From a virus (taxonomy: Duplodnaviria; Caudoviricetes): 47,029 bases of DNA. Positions 34,013 to 43,676 of the stretch are shown one piece after another. Every line of letters begins with the position of its first letter. Positions within the stretch are counted from its first letter, which is position 1. Made by a program: the position numbers and the translations under genes. The notes under the pieces were generated by a model that worked only from the letters and a program-made list of their open reading frames with translations, was not told the origin of the DNA and searched no databases. Location: positions 1-47,029 of the IMG/VR virus record IMGVR_UViG_3300025875_000772, one strand, 5' to 3'.

Positions 34013-37000
34013 TAGTTGTTGCTTTTAAGTTGGGTGCGACGCTCGTTGTCAGCCACTCGGTTAAACTCAGTGGGGCGCACGGTTGGCGCGGGTAGGGCTT
34101 GGGCACCGGCTACGAAGGCAGGCGTAAGCTGCTGGGCTAACGTGGCGGCCAATCGTTCGTAGTCGATAGACTGCTGTTGTATACTTCCTGCCTGCCCCGC
34201 CCGCATCGGGTCCATCGTCGCCGGGTCGTAGCGTACAATTCCTCCTTCAGCGTAGTGACGCGGAATAGCTATCATCTGCTGTAGGCCCTGCGCAAACGAC
34301 TTGCCGCCGGCGGCCACGTTCAGCGCTGAGGCTGCGGCCCGTAGCGCGGGTGTGCGGTACACGTTGCGTGTGAGGATGATTTCCTCGCCTTCCATTTCGC
34401 CGACGTAGCGCCCCGAACGGTGGTACATCGGTATGCCGCCCTGCGCGTGGCTCGGACCATGTACAACCCCGCCTTGAGCAAACTGCTTCGGGCTGGACTT
34501 GGTGAGCGAAGCTTTCAGGCCGGCCGTAGCGGCCGTCAGGCCAGCGATGATGAGGCCCGCCTTTACGAAGCCTGCCACGCCGAACGTGGCAACGGATTCG
34601 GGCGAGGCCAGCGCCTCGGTGATGATCTTCACCTGAGCAGCAATAACGGCCTTGCTGATGGTGTCAAGGATGAGCACCAGCGCCTTCGCGGCGAAGTCCT
34701 GCAACTGCGCGCCCGTCTCGCTCATGGTGTCAGCGAATAGTTGCCCCAGCTGCGCGCCGAAGTCAATGGCGGTTTGTAGTTGCTGCTGTTTGGCGGCCCT
34801 GTCCTTTGCGTTCACTTCGTTGATGTGCCCAATGCGCAGGTCGAATAATTGCTGCTCAATAGCAGCCGTGTCCTGCCCGTAGCGCTTGGCTACCTCCAAT
34901 TGCGCCGACAGGCTGCCGAGCTGCTGCTGGTAAAGCGCATCGTTGTACTGCTGTTCTGTTACCAGGCCGCCGGCCCGCGCTTCTTCCAAGGCGTTGCGCT
35001 CTGTCTGGTAGAAGTCAGTGACGGCCTTCGTTCGGTTCTGGTAGATGAGGTCGGTTTGCTGTGACTCGGCCTGGGCATTAATCAGCCGCTCCTGAGCCGC
35101 ACGGTCGTCGGCACTGGCCCGCTCACTGATAGCAGCCAACTGCTGCTGACGCTGCTTCTCAATGGCCTGCTGTTGGAGTTGTAGTTCCAGCTCACTACCG
35201 CGCTGCACAGCCACCAGGCGGGCGGCAATGTTGTTGGCCTCTTCCTGTAAGGCCAGATTGATGCGCTTGCGGCTCTGCTCTACCACGAGTGCGTCCCGGT
35301 CGGCCTCGTACTTGGCATCAATAATTTTCTTCTGTCCGATGGTAAGGTCTTTCGCGGCTAGCTCAATCTGCCGCTGTTTGGCAAGCTTCTTTTCCAGTAG
35401 TGCCAACTCCTCATCACTCCCCTCAGCGCTCAGCTTTAGTTGCTGCTCCAGCGCTACCAATTCCAACTGATAGCCCTCGCGTTGGGCCTGCAAGCGTTTC
35501 TCTAGCGCTTTTTGCGCCAGATCAGCCGCGGCTTTGGCTTTTGCTGCGGTATCGGCTGCGGCGCTTTTACGAATCTCATTGATCTTATTTTGTAGCTCCG
35601 TTTGCCGCGTAAGGCTGCCTTCCTCTAACTCCGCCAGTTTCACCCGCTCTTCCGCCAGAGCGTCATTGTCTGCGGTCAGGTTGTTGGTCAGTGCCTGTTC
35701 CCGCTCAATGTTCTTAATCCGGTCCCGTTGGTTTTGCAGCTGAGCCGAGATAGTCTTCTGTTCCAAGTCAAAGGCTTGTTGAGCGGCGGTTACGCGAGCC
35801 TGCGTTGATTTCGTTTGATCTTCCGCTAGCAGCTTCAGGGCCTCAATATCCTTTTTGCCTTGCGCCCGCTCCACATTTACAGCCCGCTCCGAATCCCGAA
35901 TGCGCTGATTTTCGGCGGCAATCTGTTCCCCGGCCGCCGCCGCGTTTTTCAGCTCCTGGGTGAAGGCCTGCGCCTTGTTGGTGGCGTCGGCAATGCCGGT
36001 GCCGGCCTGAATGAAGCCGTCTGCAATCTTGCGCGGGTCCAGGTTTACGATACCCTCAACGATTACCCCGAATGACTTCAAACGGTTGAGCAGGTTCTCG
36101 CCGATAAAATCCACCAAATCGGAAATAGCCTGCTTCGGGTTGTCGAATGCCTTAAACAGCACTTCACCTACTGCGCTGACCTTATCCGTCAGCACTCCCA
36201 CAACGACCCCGAGCGCTTTGGTTTTGCGCTCCACAAAGTCAATCCCGGTTTGCGTCTTCGTTAGGAAGGTTACCAGTGTACCCAAGGCCAGCACGAGAAG
36301 GCCGATACCGGTGGCGGCCAGCGCAATTTTAAGCAACCCCAGCGCCCCGACCTCGGCTAGCGTAGCTGCCTTGGCCACGTTTGTAACGGCGGTAAGCTTC
36401 GCCTTGGCATCGCTGTAGCGCTGCGTAACACCGCCCAGCACGCCCGTTGTATCTGCCGCCTCGGCCAAGGCCTCGCTCACCTTCTTCGTTTCGGCGGGCA
36501 CTTCACTGAGTTGCTTATCCAGCGCCGCAATCTGGAAGCCGATCTTGCGGTAGCCCTCCGAGCCTTCTTCGATCTTCTCCTGCTCCTGCTCCAGGCGCAC
36601 CAGGTTTTCGACGACTGGCTGAATTTGCTTGCCGTAGTCCTGAATCTTGGCCTCGGCCTGCTCAAAGCTAAGGCCCGCCTGCGCCCCTGCCCGGACGGCG
36701 GCTGTCTGGAATCCCACGGCGCGCCGCTCCAGCGTCTGAAAGCTCTCACTATCCTTATCAAGGCCCTGTTGTTGCGCCCGCACCTTCGCCAGCTCTACTA
36801 CCAGCGGCTCCAGGCCTGCTTTGAAAGAGGCCGTATAGTTGCCCACGTTGCGGCGAAAGTCGCCCACCTCTGCCCCGCCGGCTTTCAGCGCCTCGTTTAC
36901 CTGGTTGAGTTCGGCGGTCAGCGCTTTGCCTTCGTCGGTGTTCTTGCGCTCGGCCTCGCTCATCAGGTTGTACTGCGTGGTGAGTTCAGCCGAGCGGGCT

Positions 37001-37311
37001 TTGAGCTGGTCGATGCTGCCAGCGGCGCTGTTGTAGGTCTTCTCCAGCGTTTCCAGGCCCTTCGTCAGCTCCCGTTGGTCGGCCTGCTGCCCACGTAGCT
37101 GCTGGCGCAGCTCTACCGAGCGCTTGGCGTAGGCATCGGAGTTAATGGTGCCTGCCTTATACTCTTCCCCGAGCTGCTTTTGCGCGGCTTTTGTCTTGTC
37201 AATATCCAGCACCAGCGACGCCAGCGACTCGCGGATGAGTTTGGTTTCCTGCTTATACTGCTCATTATCCAAGCGGATTTCAAAGAGCACCTTTTCGGTC
37301 TGGTCAGACAT
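34012..37311 (-). CDS. Tape measure protein
   Basis: FRRNVGNY, ALAATGIGLLVLALG, long coiled coils, FAQGGVVHGPSHAQGGI...EGEE. Confidence 0.92.
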   Translation of the reverse strand: MSDQTEKVLFEIRLDNEQYKQETKLIRESLASLVLDIDKTKAAQKQLGEEYKAGTINSDAYAKRSVELRQQLRGQQADQRELTKGLETLEKTYNSAAGSIDQLKARSAELTTQYNLMSEAERKNTDEGKALTAELNQVNEALKAGGAEVGDFRRNVGNYTASFKAGLEPLVVELAKVRAQQQGLDKDSESFQTLERRAVGFQTAAVRAGAQAGLSFEQAEAKIQDYGKQIQPVVENLVRLEQEQEKIEEGSEGYRKIGFQIAALDKQLSEVPAETKKVSEALAEAADTTGVLGGVTQRYSDAKAKLTAVTNVAKAATLAEVGALGLLKIALAATGIGLLVLALGTLVTFLTKTQTGIDFVERKTKALGVVVGVLTDKVSAVGEVLFKAFDNPKQAISDLVDFIGENLLNRLKSFGVIVEGIVNLDPRKIADGFIQAGTGIADATNKAQAFTQELKNAAAAGEQIAAENQRIRDSERAVNVERAQGKKDIEALKLLAEDQTKSTQARVTAAQQAFDLEQKTISAQLQNQRDRIKNIEREQALTNNLTADNDALAEERVKLAELEEGSLTRQTELQNKINEIRKSAAADTAAKAKAAADLAQKALEKRLQAQREGYQLELVALEQQLKLSAEGSDEELALLEKKLAKQRQIELAAKDLTIGQKKIIDAKYEADRDALVVEQSRKRINLALQEEANNIAARLVAVQRGSELELQLQQQAIEKQRQQQLAAISERASADDRAAQERLINAQAESQQTDLIYQNRTKAVTDFYQTERNALEEARAGGLVTEQQYNDALYQQQLGSLSAQLEVAKRYGQDTAAIEQQLFDLRIGHINEVNAKDRAAKQQQLQTAIDFGAQLGQLFADTMSETGAQLQDFAAKALVLILDTISKAVIAAQVKIITEALASPESVATFGVAGFVKAGLIIAGLTAATAGLKASLTKSSPKQFAQGGVVHGPSHAQGGIPMYHRSGRYVGEMEGEEIILTRNVYRTPALRAAASALNVAAGGKSFAQGLQQMIAIPRHYAEGGIVRYDPATMDPMRAGQAGSIQQQSIDYERLAATLAQQLTPAFVAGAQALPAPTVRPTEFNRVADNERRTQLKSNN

Positions 37312-37333
37312 GTGAGTCGGGGTGAATACAGCC

Positions 37334-37416
37334 CGAAACTCCGCCAATACAGCCCCGCTAGCAAACGATCAGCTCCAAAAGCGTAACGGAGTTGCCAAAA
37401 GCGTAACTCGATTCGC
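37334..37416 (-). promoter_or_regulatory. Candidate late promoter of the tape measure operon
   Basis: Minus-strand GAGTTACGCTTTT (37409) and CCGTTACGCTTTT (37389); GCGGAGTTTCG at 37344. Confidence 0.6.
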
Positions 37417-37420
37417 TACG

Positions 37421-37476
37421 CTGTCAGATTCCTGACAGAAAAGCCCTATTACCAGCCCCTCTCCATAGGAATTTTG
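37421..37476 (+). promoter_or_regulatory. Palindromic site and promoter element of the head operon
   Basis: CTGTCAG-attc-CTGACAG 37421-37438; TAGGAATTTTG at 37466. Confidence 0.55.
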
Positions 37477-37480
37477 GGGT

Positions 37481-38680
37481 ATGGCAGAGGCTAAAGTCTA
37501 TATCTCGGGTCCGATTGTCGCCAACAGCAGTGAGGCGGGCAACGCCTTCCCTTACACGATGCTGGAAGATGTGACCATGCAGCTCGATTGGCAGAAGCCC
37601 TTCGACTCGGTGCGCGTCATCATCAACTCGCCCGGTGGGCGGGTCGACGTGGGCATGGGTATTTACGATAGCCTCCGCGCCCTGGGTGGGGTAGAAGTGA
37701 CGACGGTAGCCGTGGGCCAATGCAGTAGCATTGCCACGGCTATCTTCCTTGCCGGCTCCAAGCGCATGATTCATGAGCATACTGAATGCCTGATTCACCT
37801 CCCCTCGGGCGGGTGCATTGGCACGGCGGAGCAGATTCAGGCCTACGCGGATGAGATGGCCCGTTGTCAGCAGGATATCATCGACCTGTACGTAGAGCGG
37901 GCAGGCGTAGACGCCACGATCATCACCGAAAAGATGGGCGCCGAAACCATGATGACGGCGGCTGAAATGCTCTCCTTCGGCTTCGCCACCCAGATAGTAC
38001 AGCCCATTACGGCGCTGGCCACCCTACCCCCTGTGGGCGCTACTCCTCCTGCTTCCAATCCCGAACAAATGCCCAGCTGGGCGCACCAACTTATGTCCAA
38101 ATTCAACGCTGGGCTGGACGCCCTGAAGCTGGCTATGGCCAGCGCCACCAACAAACCCGCCACGGCGCAGGCCTCGACCGCTGCTGACGATGACAACGAT
38201 GCGCCCACGGCGCTGGCTGTCACCACGGACGGCGGCGATTCGCTCACCATTGACACCGGCGACCGGGACACCTACGAGGTAGGTGACAGCGTGACGGATG
38301 CAGATGGCAATGCTGTGGCTGATGCGGACTACGTGCTGAGTGATGGCAACACCATCACGACGGTAGGCGGCGCCATTACCGTCATCACGCCCGCTGCCAC
38401 CGACGAAGACCCCGCCAGCGCCTCGGCGGAAAACGATGAGGTGCTAACCCAACTGGTAGGCGCCGTAACGGCGCTGGCCAAGGAGGTTGCCGGCATCAAA
38501 ACGGCTAACGCTGCTACGAGCAAAACGGTCAACCGCATTGCCGCCGCCACCGGTAGCCAGGGCGTAGCGCCCCGCGCTGCGGCCCCTAATGCCAGCGGCA
38601 AAGAAGAGGAGAAAGACCCGATCAAGGCAGCCGCTGAAGCCCGCTCGGCCCGTCGCGCCAACCGCTTCAAACAGAGCTAG
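37481..38680 (+). CDS. ClpP-like prohead protease fused to scaffold-like C-terminus
   Basis: INSPGG.V..G..IYD, CSSIATAIFLAG, LIHLP, ETMMTAAE...GFAT. Confidence 0.92.
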   Translation: MAEAKVYISGPIVANSSEAGNAFPYTMLEDVTMQLDWQKPFDSVRVIINSPGGRVDVGMGIYDSLRALGGVEVTTVAVGQCSSIATAIFLAGSKRMIHEHTECLIHLPSGGCIGTAEQIQAYADEMARCQQDIIDLYVERAGVDATIITEKMGAETMMTAAEMLSFGFATQIVQPITALATLPPVGATPPASNPEQMPSWAHQLMSKFNAGLDALKLAMASATNKPATAQASTAADDDNDAPTALAVTTDGGDSLTIDTGDRDTYEVGDSVTDADGNAVADADYVLSDGNTITTVGGAITVITPAATDEDPASASAENDEVLTQLVGAVTALAKEVAGIKTANAATSKTVNRIAAATGSQGVAPRAAAPNASGKEEEKDPIKAAAEARSARRANRFKQS

Positions 38681-38735
38681 GCGGGCGCACGACTGGCTTT
38701 CAATCCCTACGCAACTTCTTATTTTCTCTTAGACC

Positions 38736-39833
38736 ATGGCAACAATTGTAGCCGCCGCAGCCGCCTCACTGGGCCTGCTTTATGGGCCTGATCAGTTCCG
38801 CGAATTGATTTTGGAGCCTACCATCAACTCGCCTGATCTGACGCAGCTGCTCACTATCACGGACGACATCAAGGCGAAGAAAGACATCATCTTCGCCAAG
38901 CGCTTCCGGAAGGTGACGCACCTGGATACGGGTTGCGGCACGGTACCGAACACGCCCGGTATGGACGTGGAGAAGCTGACGTGGGACCCCGTTCCCATGG
39001 AGGCCTGGATTGCGGAGTGCGGCGCTGACTTTGAAGGCACGTTCATGGCCTGGGGCCTGGGCGTAGGCTACAAGCGTCACGACTTGCAGGAAGCCACCAT
39101 TAAACTGGCTAATGGCATCTCGGACACCGCTCAGCTGCGCAACTACTGGAATGAGTTCGTGCAGGATACCATGGAGCAAGCTATTCGGGACGACATCTTC
39201 CGCATTGGCTACTTCGGGGACCCCGCCATCACCGCTGCTCAGTTAACGGGCGGCGAAGCGGATGTAAAGAACTACAACCTGATTCGTGGCCTGTGGCCCC
39301 AGATCATTGCCTTGGCTACGCAGTACGCCAAGGTGCGCGCCTACACGATTGCAGCCAATCAAACGGCTGATCAGGAGCTAGAGGACGGTGAGTCTCGGGC
39401 CATCTTCCGTTCACTATTGGTCGGTGCCGACCGCCGGCTATTGAGCGGCGCGTTTGGTACGCCTATCATCCAGTGCACGCAATCTATCCTGGACAACTGG
39501 GCAGACTACCGCGAAAGCAAGAACCTGGAAACCAGCTTCAAGCTGGAAGAAATCGGCTTAGTTGGCCCGAAGTACCGCAACGTGGTGGTACGTCCGGTGC
39601 CCGAGTGGGATGAGATTCTACAGGAAGACTTTGTCATTGATGATAAAGTAAACCTGCCTCACCGCGCCGTGCTGACGACCAACGCCAACCTGCAACTGGG
39701 CTTTGACAGCTACGACGCGGCCACCAAAACCGAAGGCTGGTTCAACCGCGAAACCAAGTTCACGCACCGCCGCGGCAACTGGAAGATGGACGCCAAGGTA
39801 ATGCGCCCCTTCCTGACGCGCGCCGCCTTCTAG
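38736..39833 (+). CDS. Major capsid protein
   Basis: 365 aa immediately after the protease and followed by a strong terminator. Confidence 0.8.
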   Translation: MATIVAAAAASLGLLYGPDQFRELILEPTINSPDLTQLLTITDDIKAKKDIIFAKRFRKVTHLDTGCGTVPNTPGMDVEKLTWDPVPMEAWIAECGADFEGTFMAWGLGVGYKRHDLQEATIKLANGISDTAQLRNYWNEFVQDTMEQAIRDDIFRIGYFGDPAITAAQLTGGEADVKNYNLIRGLWPQIIALATQYAKVRAYTIAANQTADQELEDGESRAIFRSLLVGADRRLLSGAFGTPIIQCTQSILDNWADYRESKNLETSFKLEEIGLVGPKYRNVVVRPVPEWDEILQEDFVIDDKVNLPHRAVLTTNANLQLGFDSYDAATKTEGWFNRETKFTHRRGNWKMDAKVMRPFLTRAAF

Positions 39834-39855
39834 GCCCGCCCTTTCAGACTGAATC

Positions 39856-39890
39856 AAGGCCCGCCCCGGTGGGCGGGCCTTTTCTTTTTT
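39856..39890 (+). terminator. Intrinsic terminator
   Basis: AAGGCCCGCCC-cggt-GGGCGGGCCTT followed by a T-tract. Confidence 0.85.
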
Positions 39891-39915
39891 CAACGCGTTT
39901 CATTTTTCTACAACT

Positions 39916-40494
39916 ATGGCTCTATCCTGTGGCCAACTCAAGCGCGGCTTGCCGCCCCTTTGCGAACCCGCTGCCGGCGGTCTAAGCACCAACCTGGTTC
40001 TAATCCGCAAGGATGACATTGTAGCGGCCGTCCGCAACGCCACCGTGCGCAAGGGCGTGTCCTTGTCATTGGTAGCCGGCAAAAAAGGCTTTCTATTCAA
40101 TGGCCTAGCCGATAGCAACACGGCCCGCACCACGCTGACGCCGGGCAAGTATGGCCCGCGCTACCAGCACGAAATCGACTTTGCCACCTTCGCCAACACG
40201 CCCGAAAACGTGGAGACGATTGAGGATTTGGCGAAGGACAAGGTGGTCGGTGTTATCCTGGCCAACGATGGCTATTACAAAATCTACGGCCTCGGTGCCG
40301 GCCTGGGCCTGAGCAAGGACACCAGCGACACCAGCAACGAAGATTTGGGCGCCGGCTCGGAGCAGACGCTTTCCTCGACAAAAGAAGGTGGCCGCGAAGA
40401 CTTCCTGATGGTGTTCGACGATCAAGGTAACTACGACCCAGTGGCTACAAAGGTGCTGTTCGACAGCTTCTACGACGCACCAGCTGCGGCCTAA
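39916..40494 (+). CDS. Putative major tail (tube) protein
   Basis: C......C....GG N-terminus, YKIYG...GL motif; position and size. Confidence 0.65.
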   Translation: MALSCGQLKRGLPPLCEPAAGGLSTNLVLIRKDDIVAAVRNATVRKGVSLSLVAGKKGFLFNGLADSNTARTTLTPGKYGPRYQHEIDFATFANTPENVETIEDLAKDKVVGVILANDGYYKIYGLGAGLGLSKDTSDTSNEDLGAGSEQTLSSTKEGGREDFLMVFDDQGNYDPVATKVLFDSFYDAPAAA

Positions 40495-40503
40495 TTAGGC
40501 CTA

Positions 40504-41196
40504 TTGCTAGTGACTTATTCGAGTGACTTGGAAGGGTGGTACGAGCGCGCCGGTCGGCTGAAGCAGGCCGGCGCGTATCGTCTCGACACGGCCGAGCTGG
40601 TGGCCGTCTACAACGCCCTCTTCCCTGGGCAGCCGCTGAGCTGCGAGACCTGTCGCGGCGTGCTCCTGCAAGCCTACCAGCGCATTCTGCGCGCCCTGCG
40701 CGAACATACTTCCGCTACCACACCCCTTACCACCATGGATAATCAAGCTGCCCGCTTCAAAAGCGACGACACTATCTACTTCCCGCACGGCCTGGGCGTG
40801 GCCTACTCCAACGCGAACATCACCGATAAGATGGCCCGCTACATTCTGGCGAAAGACCCAGAGGCTGCCAAGTATTTCGAGGTATTGCCCGGTGAGGAGC
40901 AGCCCGAAGCGCCCGCATCCACGCTGGCCGACGTGCTGACTGGTGCCGTGCATGTGCCTGGTTACTTCACTCCGGCCGCCTCGCATGAAAGCCACACGGG
41001 CGAATCTGAAGAGGATGCCGATGATGACAGCGATGAGGCCAAGCCCATGCGCCTGTCACGCGCCAATCAGGAGCAGCTACGCACCTACTACCGGGAGGAG
41101 TTAGGCCAGGAACCTGCCGAAGATGCCACCAACCGCGAGCTACGCCAGGCCATTCAGGCCCACCGCAGCCTGCACGCCACCGATAGCGCTGAGTAA
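40504..41196 (+). CDS. Hypothetical structural-region protein (CxxC; C-terminal HeH-like)
   Basis: SCETC, SNANITD..A, NQEQLR.YY...ATNRELRQAI. Confidence 0.6.
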   Translation: MLVTYSSDLEGWYERAGRLKQAGAYRLDTAELVAVYNALFPGQPLSCETCRGVLLQAYQRILRALREHTSATTPLTTMDNQAARFKSDDTIYFPHGLGVAYSNANITDKMARYILAKDPEAAKYFEVLPGEEQPEAPASTLADVLTGAVHVPGYFTPAASHESHTGESEEDADDDSDEAKPMRLSRANQEQLRTYYREELGQEPAEDATNRELRQAIQAHRSLHATDSAE

Positions 41197-41216
41197 TTTC
41201 TAACCTGCCCGTACCC

Positions 41217-42551
41217 GTGACCAAGCAAGTCATCAAAGCTGAAGCCGCCACCCCGCGCAAGCGTCGCATCATCGACACGAAGGAATTCGTGCGCTGGGGC
41301 GATGACGACAACCGGCCGCAGGAGCTACTCGACTTGCTGGCTGCCTCGGGTACGGGCAAGGTATGCGTTACCACCAAGGCCAAATTCATTGAAGGCAATG
41401 GGTTCAAGGACCTGACCTTTTACAAGGCCGTCATCAATGAGCGGGGCCAGACGTTGGACCAGCTGCTGAAGCTGACAGCCGACCGTCAGGCCCGGCTGAC
41501 CGGCTACGGCATGCTGGTCAACATCAACCTGCTGGGCAATCCGTGCGGGGTATACCACATTCCGACTGAGCACATTCGCTTGGGAGAGCCCGATGAGCGG
41601 GATGAGGTGCACTACATCTTCGTCAAGCACCCGAAGGCGCCGGGCATGAAAGGCCGGGAGCCTAAGCCCACGAAGCACCTGGTGTTTGATCCGCTGGAGC
41701 CGGCTGAGGCCCGCGCGGAACGGGTCGCCACCTGGGAAGGCGGTATTGCGGCCTATCCGGGAGAGGTCTATTATGACTTCGGCACCACCGGTGGCTACTA
41801 CCCCGAGCAAGTGTATGAGGCCGTTGAGGTCGACATGGACACGGAGGCCCGCCTGAAGCGCAGCCGGCGTACGGACGTGAGCAGTGGCTACTCAGCTCAG
41901 ACCATGATTACCGAGTTCGGTATCACAGACCCAGATCAGGCCAAGCTTGATGCCGATGCTGAGAAATACGGTGCGTTTGTCGGGGAAGAAGGGGCCCGCC
42001 TACTGCTGCAATACGCGGCTGACAAGGATACCAAGCCGCAGGTCGACACGCTGCAAGCCCCCGACGCCAGCAAGCGCTACCAGACGGATGGCGAGGTACT
42101 GAAGGCTGATATCCGCGCCGTGTTTCAGATTCCAACCCTGCTCTACGGTGAGGCCACCGCCGGCAAGCTGGGCACGCAGCAGGAGTTTGACGACGCGACC
42201 AAGTACGTGCAGAACATGGTCGTCAATACCGACCAGCGGGCGCTGGAGCGCGGCTACGAGGCCGTGTTTCGCAGCTTCCAATACCCGGATGGCAGCCAGC
42301 CCTTCTTAAACCTGAAGGATTTCTCGGTGCAAAACCTGTCGCTGACGCCCGTGGCGGAAGTGACGGTACCAACGGAGTCCGAAAAGACCTTGCAAGCGCT
42401 GAATACCCTCTCGCCACTGGTTGCCAACAAGGTGCTGGAGTCAATGAATCCCGACGAAATCCGCGGGCTGATCGGGCTGAAGCCCGGCGGCGCGCCCCAA
42501 CCCACCACGACACCCGCCCCCGCCGATGGATCAGCACCTACTCCTAGCTAA
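41217..42551 (+). CDS. Portal protein
   Basis: WGDDDNRPQ...KAKFIEGNGF, IRAVFQIPTLLYG....GKLG; 444 aa. Confidence 0.8.
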   Translation: MTKQVIKAEAATPRKRRIIDTKEFVRWGDDDNRPQELLDLLAASGTGKVCVTTKAKFIEGNGFKDLTFYKAVINERGQTLDQLLKLTADRQARLTGYGMLVNINLLGNPCGVYHIPTEHIRLGEPDERDEVHYIFVKHPKAPGMKGREPKPTKHLVFDPLEPAEARAERVATWEGGIAAYPGEVYYDFGTTGGYYPEQVYEAVEVDMDTEARLKRSRRTDVSSGYSAQTMITEFGITDPDQAKLDADAEKYGAFVGEEGARLLLQYAADKDTKPQVDTLQAPDASKRYQTDGEVLKADIRAVFQIPTLLYGEATAGKLGTQQEFDDATKYVQNMVVNTDQRALERGYEAVFRSFQYPDGSQPFLNLKDFSVQNLSLTPVAEVTVPTESEKTLQALNTLSPLVANKVLESMNPDEIRGLIGLKPGGAPQPTTTPAPADGSAPTPS

Positions 42552-43062
42552 GGAAGACTACGCGGGCTACGCGGGCTACGCGGACATGCCCGAGTCGCTG
42601 GAAATGAAGCGGCTAACCCCGCACATTCTGGCGGTGCAGCGTAGCCGGTTGCGGCCCCTACTCACTGAGAAGCTGTACGCTGAGCTGGCGCGGCTGCATA
42701 AGGCCGGCGAACTGACCGAGCCCTACCTAACGCTACTGCAAAAGGTGGTGCCGGTGCTGGCCACGGCCTCGCTGGCCCGCTACATGCCATTTGCCCCGCA
42801 TACGCTCACCAGCAATGGTATCCGCATCAAGAACAGCCAGTACAGTGAAGGCTCGGACAGCCGCGACATTGCCCGCATGGCCTCGATCTACGACGGCGAG
42901 GCGCTGAGCTACGAAGTGGAGCTGACGGCCTGGCTGCTGGCCAACGCCAAAAGCTTCGGCGATTTCTACCCGCACAATACCTGTGGCTGTGGCACGCATA
43001 CGCCTAGTCGCACGCCCTCGGTGGTAGTGCAACCCATTCGCCGCCCTGGCTACCGCCGCTAA
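42526..43062 (+). CDS. Head-tail adaptor-like protein
   Basis: PHILAVQ...LRPLL..KLY; LARY......LTSNGI; follows the portal gene. Confidence 0.65.
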   Translation: MDQHLLLAKEDYAGYAGYADMPESLEMKRLTPHILAVQRSRLRPLLTEKLYAELARLHKAGELTEPYLTLLQKVVPVLATASLARYMPFAPHTLTSNGIRIKNSQYSEGSDSRDIARMASIYDGEALSYEVELTAWLLANAKSFGDFYPHNTCGCGTHTPSRTPSVVVQPIRRPGYRR

Positions 43063-43094
43063 TTCAACCCTTACGCTGCTACCCCTACCCACCC

Positions 43095-43673
43095 GTGCCC
43101 TTTTTACGCGAAACCTTCAAACTGCTGGGCTTCACCGGAGCCAAAGACCTGCTGGGCTCGGCCTTCGGGCTGAAGGCGTACACGTGGCCGCTGCTCAAAA
43201 TTCAGGTGTCGGGCACGCTGCTGGCCGTGCTGCTCACCTTCCTGACGCGCTGGGTGTGGGACCCGCCGGGGGCGCTGCTGGTGCTCATTGCCCTGGACCT
43301 ACTCAATGCCCGCTATGGCTTTCTGGTGGCCAAGAAGCTCAAGGGCGAGGGCTTCAAGTGGGAGGAGTTTCAACGCACGTTTGGCAAGGTCACCAGCACA
43401 CTGATTCTGCTGGCCCTGCTCAAGAACACCATCAACGCCTACCCTTACTACAGCTACGCCGCTGACGGCCTGTTTGCTTGGCTCTTCACCTATAAGATGC
43501 GCAAACTGGCAGCCAAGATGGTCGCGCTGAAAGTGCAGGAAGGCGGGCTCCCCAAAATCCTACTGGGCCTGCTTAGCAGCAAGTACGCGCCCTACGTGGT
43601 GGATTCGCTCCAGAAGAAAGAAGAAGAGGAGGCTGCCGCGCCGGCCGCCGACACCCAACCCGTCACCCCCTAA
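43095..43673 (+). CDS. Holin-like membrane protein
   Basis: Three to four transmembrane segments, LLVLIALDLL..G motif, immediately upstream of the endolysin. Confidence 0.75.
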   Translation: MPFLRETFKLLGFTGAKDLLGSAFGLKAYTWPLLKIQVSGTLLAVLLTFLTRWVWDPPGALLVLIALDLLNARYGFLVAKKLKGEGFKWEEFQRTFGKVTSTLILLALLKNTINAYPYYSYAADGLFAWLFTYKMRKLAAKMVALKVQEGGLPKILLGLLSSKYAPYVVDSLQKKEEEEAAAPAADTQPVTP

Positions 43674-43676
43674 ATC

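Noticed and set aside
37481-38680. Host clpP marking the end of the prophage
   Set aside because: It has a scaffold-like extension and precedes the capsid gene; it is the prohead protease.
42558-42583. CTACGCGGG tandem repeat
   Set aside because: In-frame 9-bp microduplication (YAGYAGYA); no phase-variation potential.
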